From an uncultured virus (IMG/VR IMGVR_UViG_3300027793_000087) (taxonomy: Duplodnaviria > Heunggongvirae > Uroviricota > Caudoviricetes), in IMG/VR virus record IMGVR_UViG_3300027793_000087: a stretch of 64,000 bases of DNA; one strand, given 5' to 3'. The position numbers and the translations under genes were made by a program. The number at the start of each line of letters is the position of its first letter. Within the stretch, counting starts at the first letter, position 1. This document shows positions 63,800 through 64,000 of this stretch, one piece after another. Under the pieces are notes generated by a model. That model was not told where the DNA came from, did no database searches, and worked only from the letters and a program-made list of their open reading frames with translations.

Positions 63800-64000
63800 A
63801 ATATCTCCTCCCTGAAATCGCCCAGCGTGTTGACGTACTGCTGCGCGCGCTCGGTGAAGCGTACGCCGCGGTACACGTTGCGCCGCTCGCCGTTGACGCG
63901 GCTGACGGTGCTCTCGATCTGCTTGTCCTGCGTCGCGGCCATGAATCGCCGCTTGAACGTCAGGTCGGTCCCGGGGTTGATGCTCTTGCGGTGTGCCCAG
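63796..64000 (-). CDS. C-terminal end of a primase-helicase (probably the gene at 1..1731)
   Basis: WAHRKSINPG..FKRRF...RNVYRGVRF...EEIF*, winged-helix-like D5 C-terminus. Confidence 0.7.
   Translation of the reverse strand, partial: WAHRKSINPGTDLTFKRRFMAATQDKQIESTVSRVNGERRNVYRGVRFTERAQQYVNTLGDFREEIF

Noticed and set aside
1..64000. Stop-codon reassignment
   Set aside because: Core genes are intact in the standard code and end in TAA, TAG and TGA.

Overview
The window is almost the whole genome of a lytic, podovirus-like dsDNA phage. Both edges fall inside one primase-helicase gene, so it is probably a circular assembly of slightly more than 64 kb. Motifs hint at a proteobacterial, possibly betaproteobacterial, host (inference only). 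Layout: (i) 1-9250, minus strand: primase-helicase, a sigma-70 lacking region 4, and a string of small early genes; (ii) ~9280-10200, non-coding, with host-factor-like boxes and an origin-like repeat; (iii) 10272-50539, plus strand: terminase, portal, GroES, scaffold, capsid, tail fibres, lysis, tail and ejection/internal proteins; (iv) 50498-64000, minus strand: DNA pol A, class II RNR, SSB, Cas4-like nuclease, SNF2 helicase, VRR-NUC, AcpS. Most notable observations: five co-varying type I hammerhead ribozymes between consecutive early genes, plus a sixth, different structured RNA in the same position; a phage-encoded ACP + ketosynthase (+ possible acyltransferase) operon in front of the ejection proteins, with an AcpS elsewhere in the genome; an 80-nt tmRNA-like RNA with only the tRNA-like domain; a recurring x-[AK]-x-G-G motif marking domain boundaries in late proteins; an apparently split sigma factor with two promoter classes. 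All calls come from reading the sequence by eye; no searches were run.
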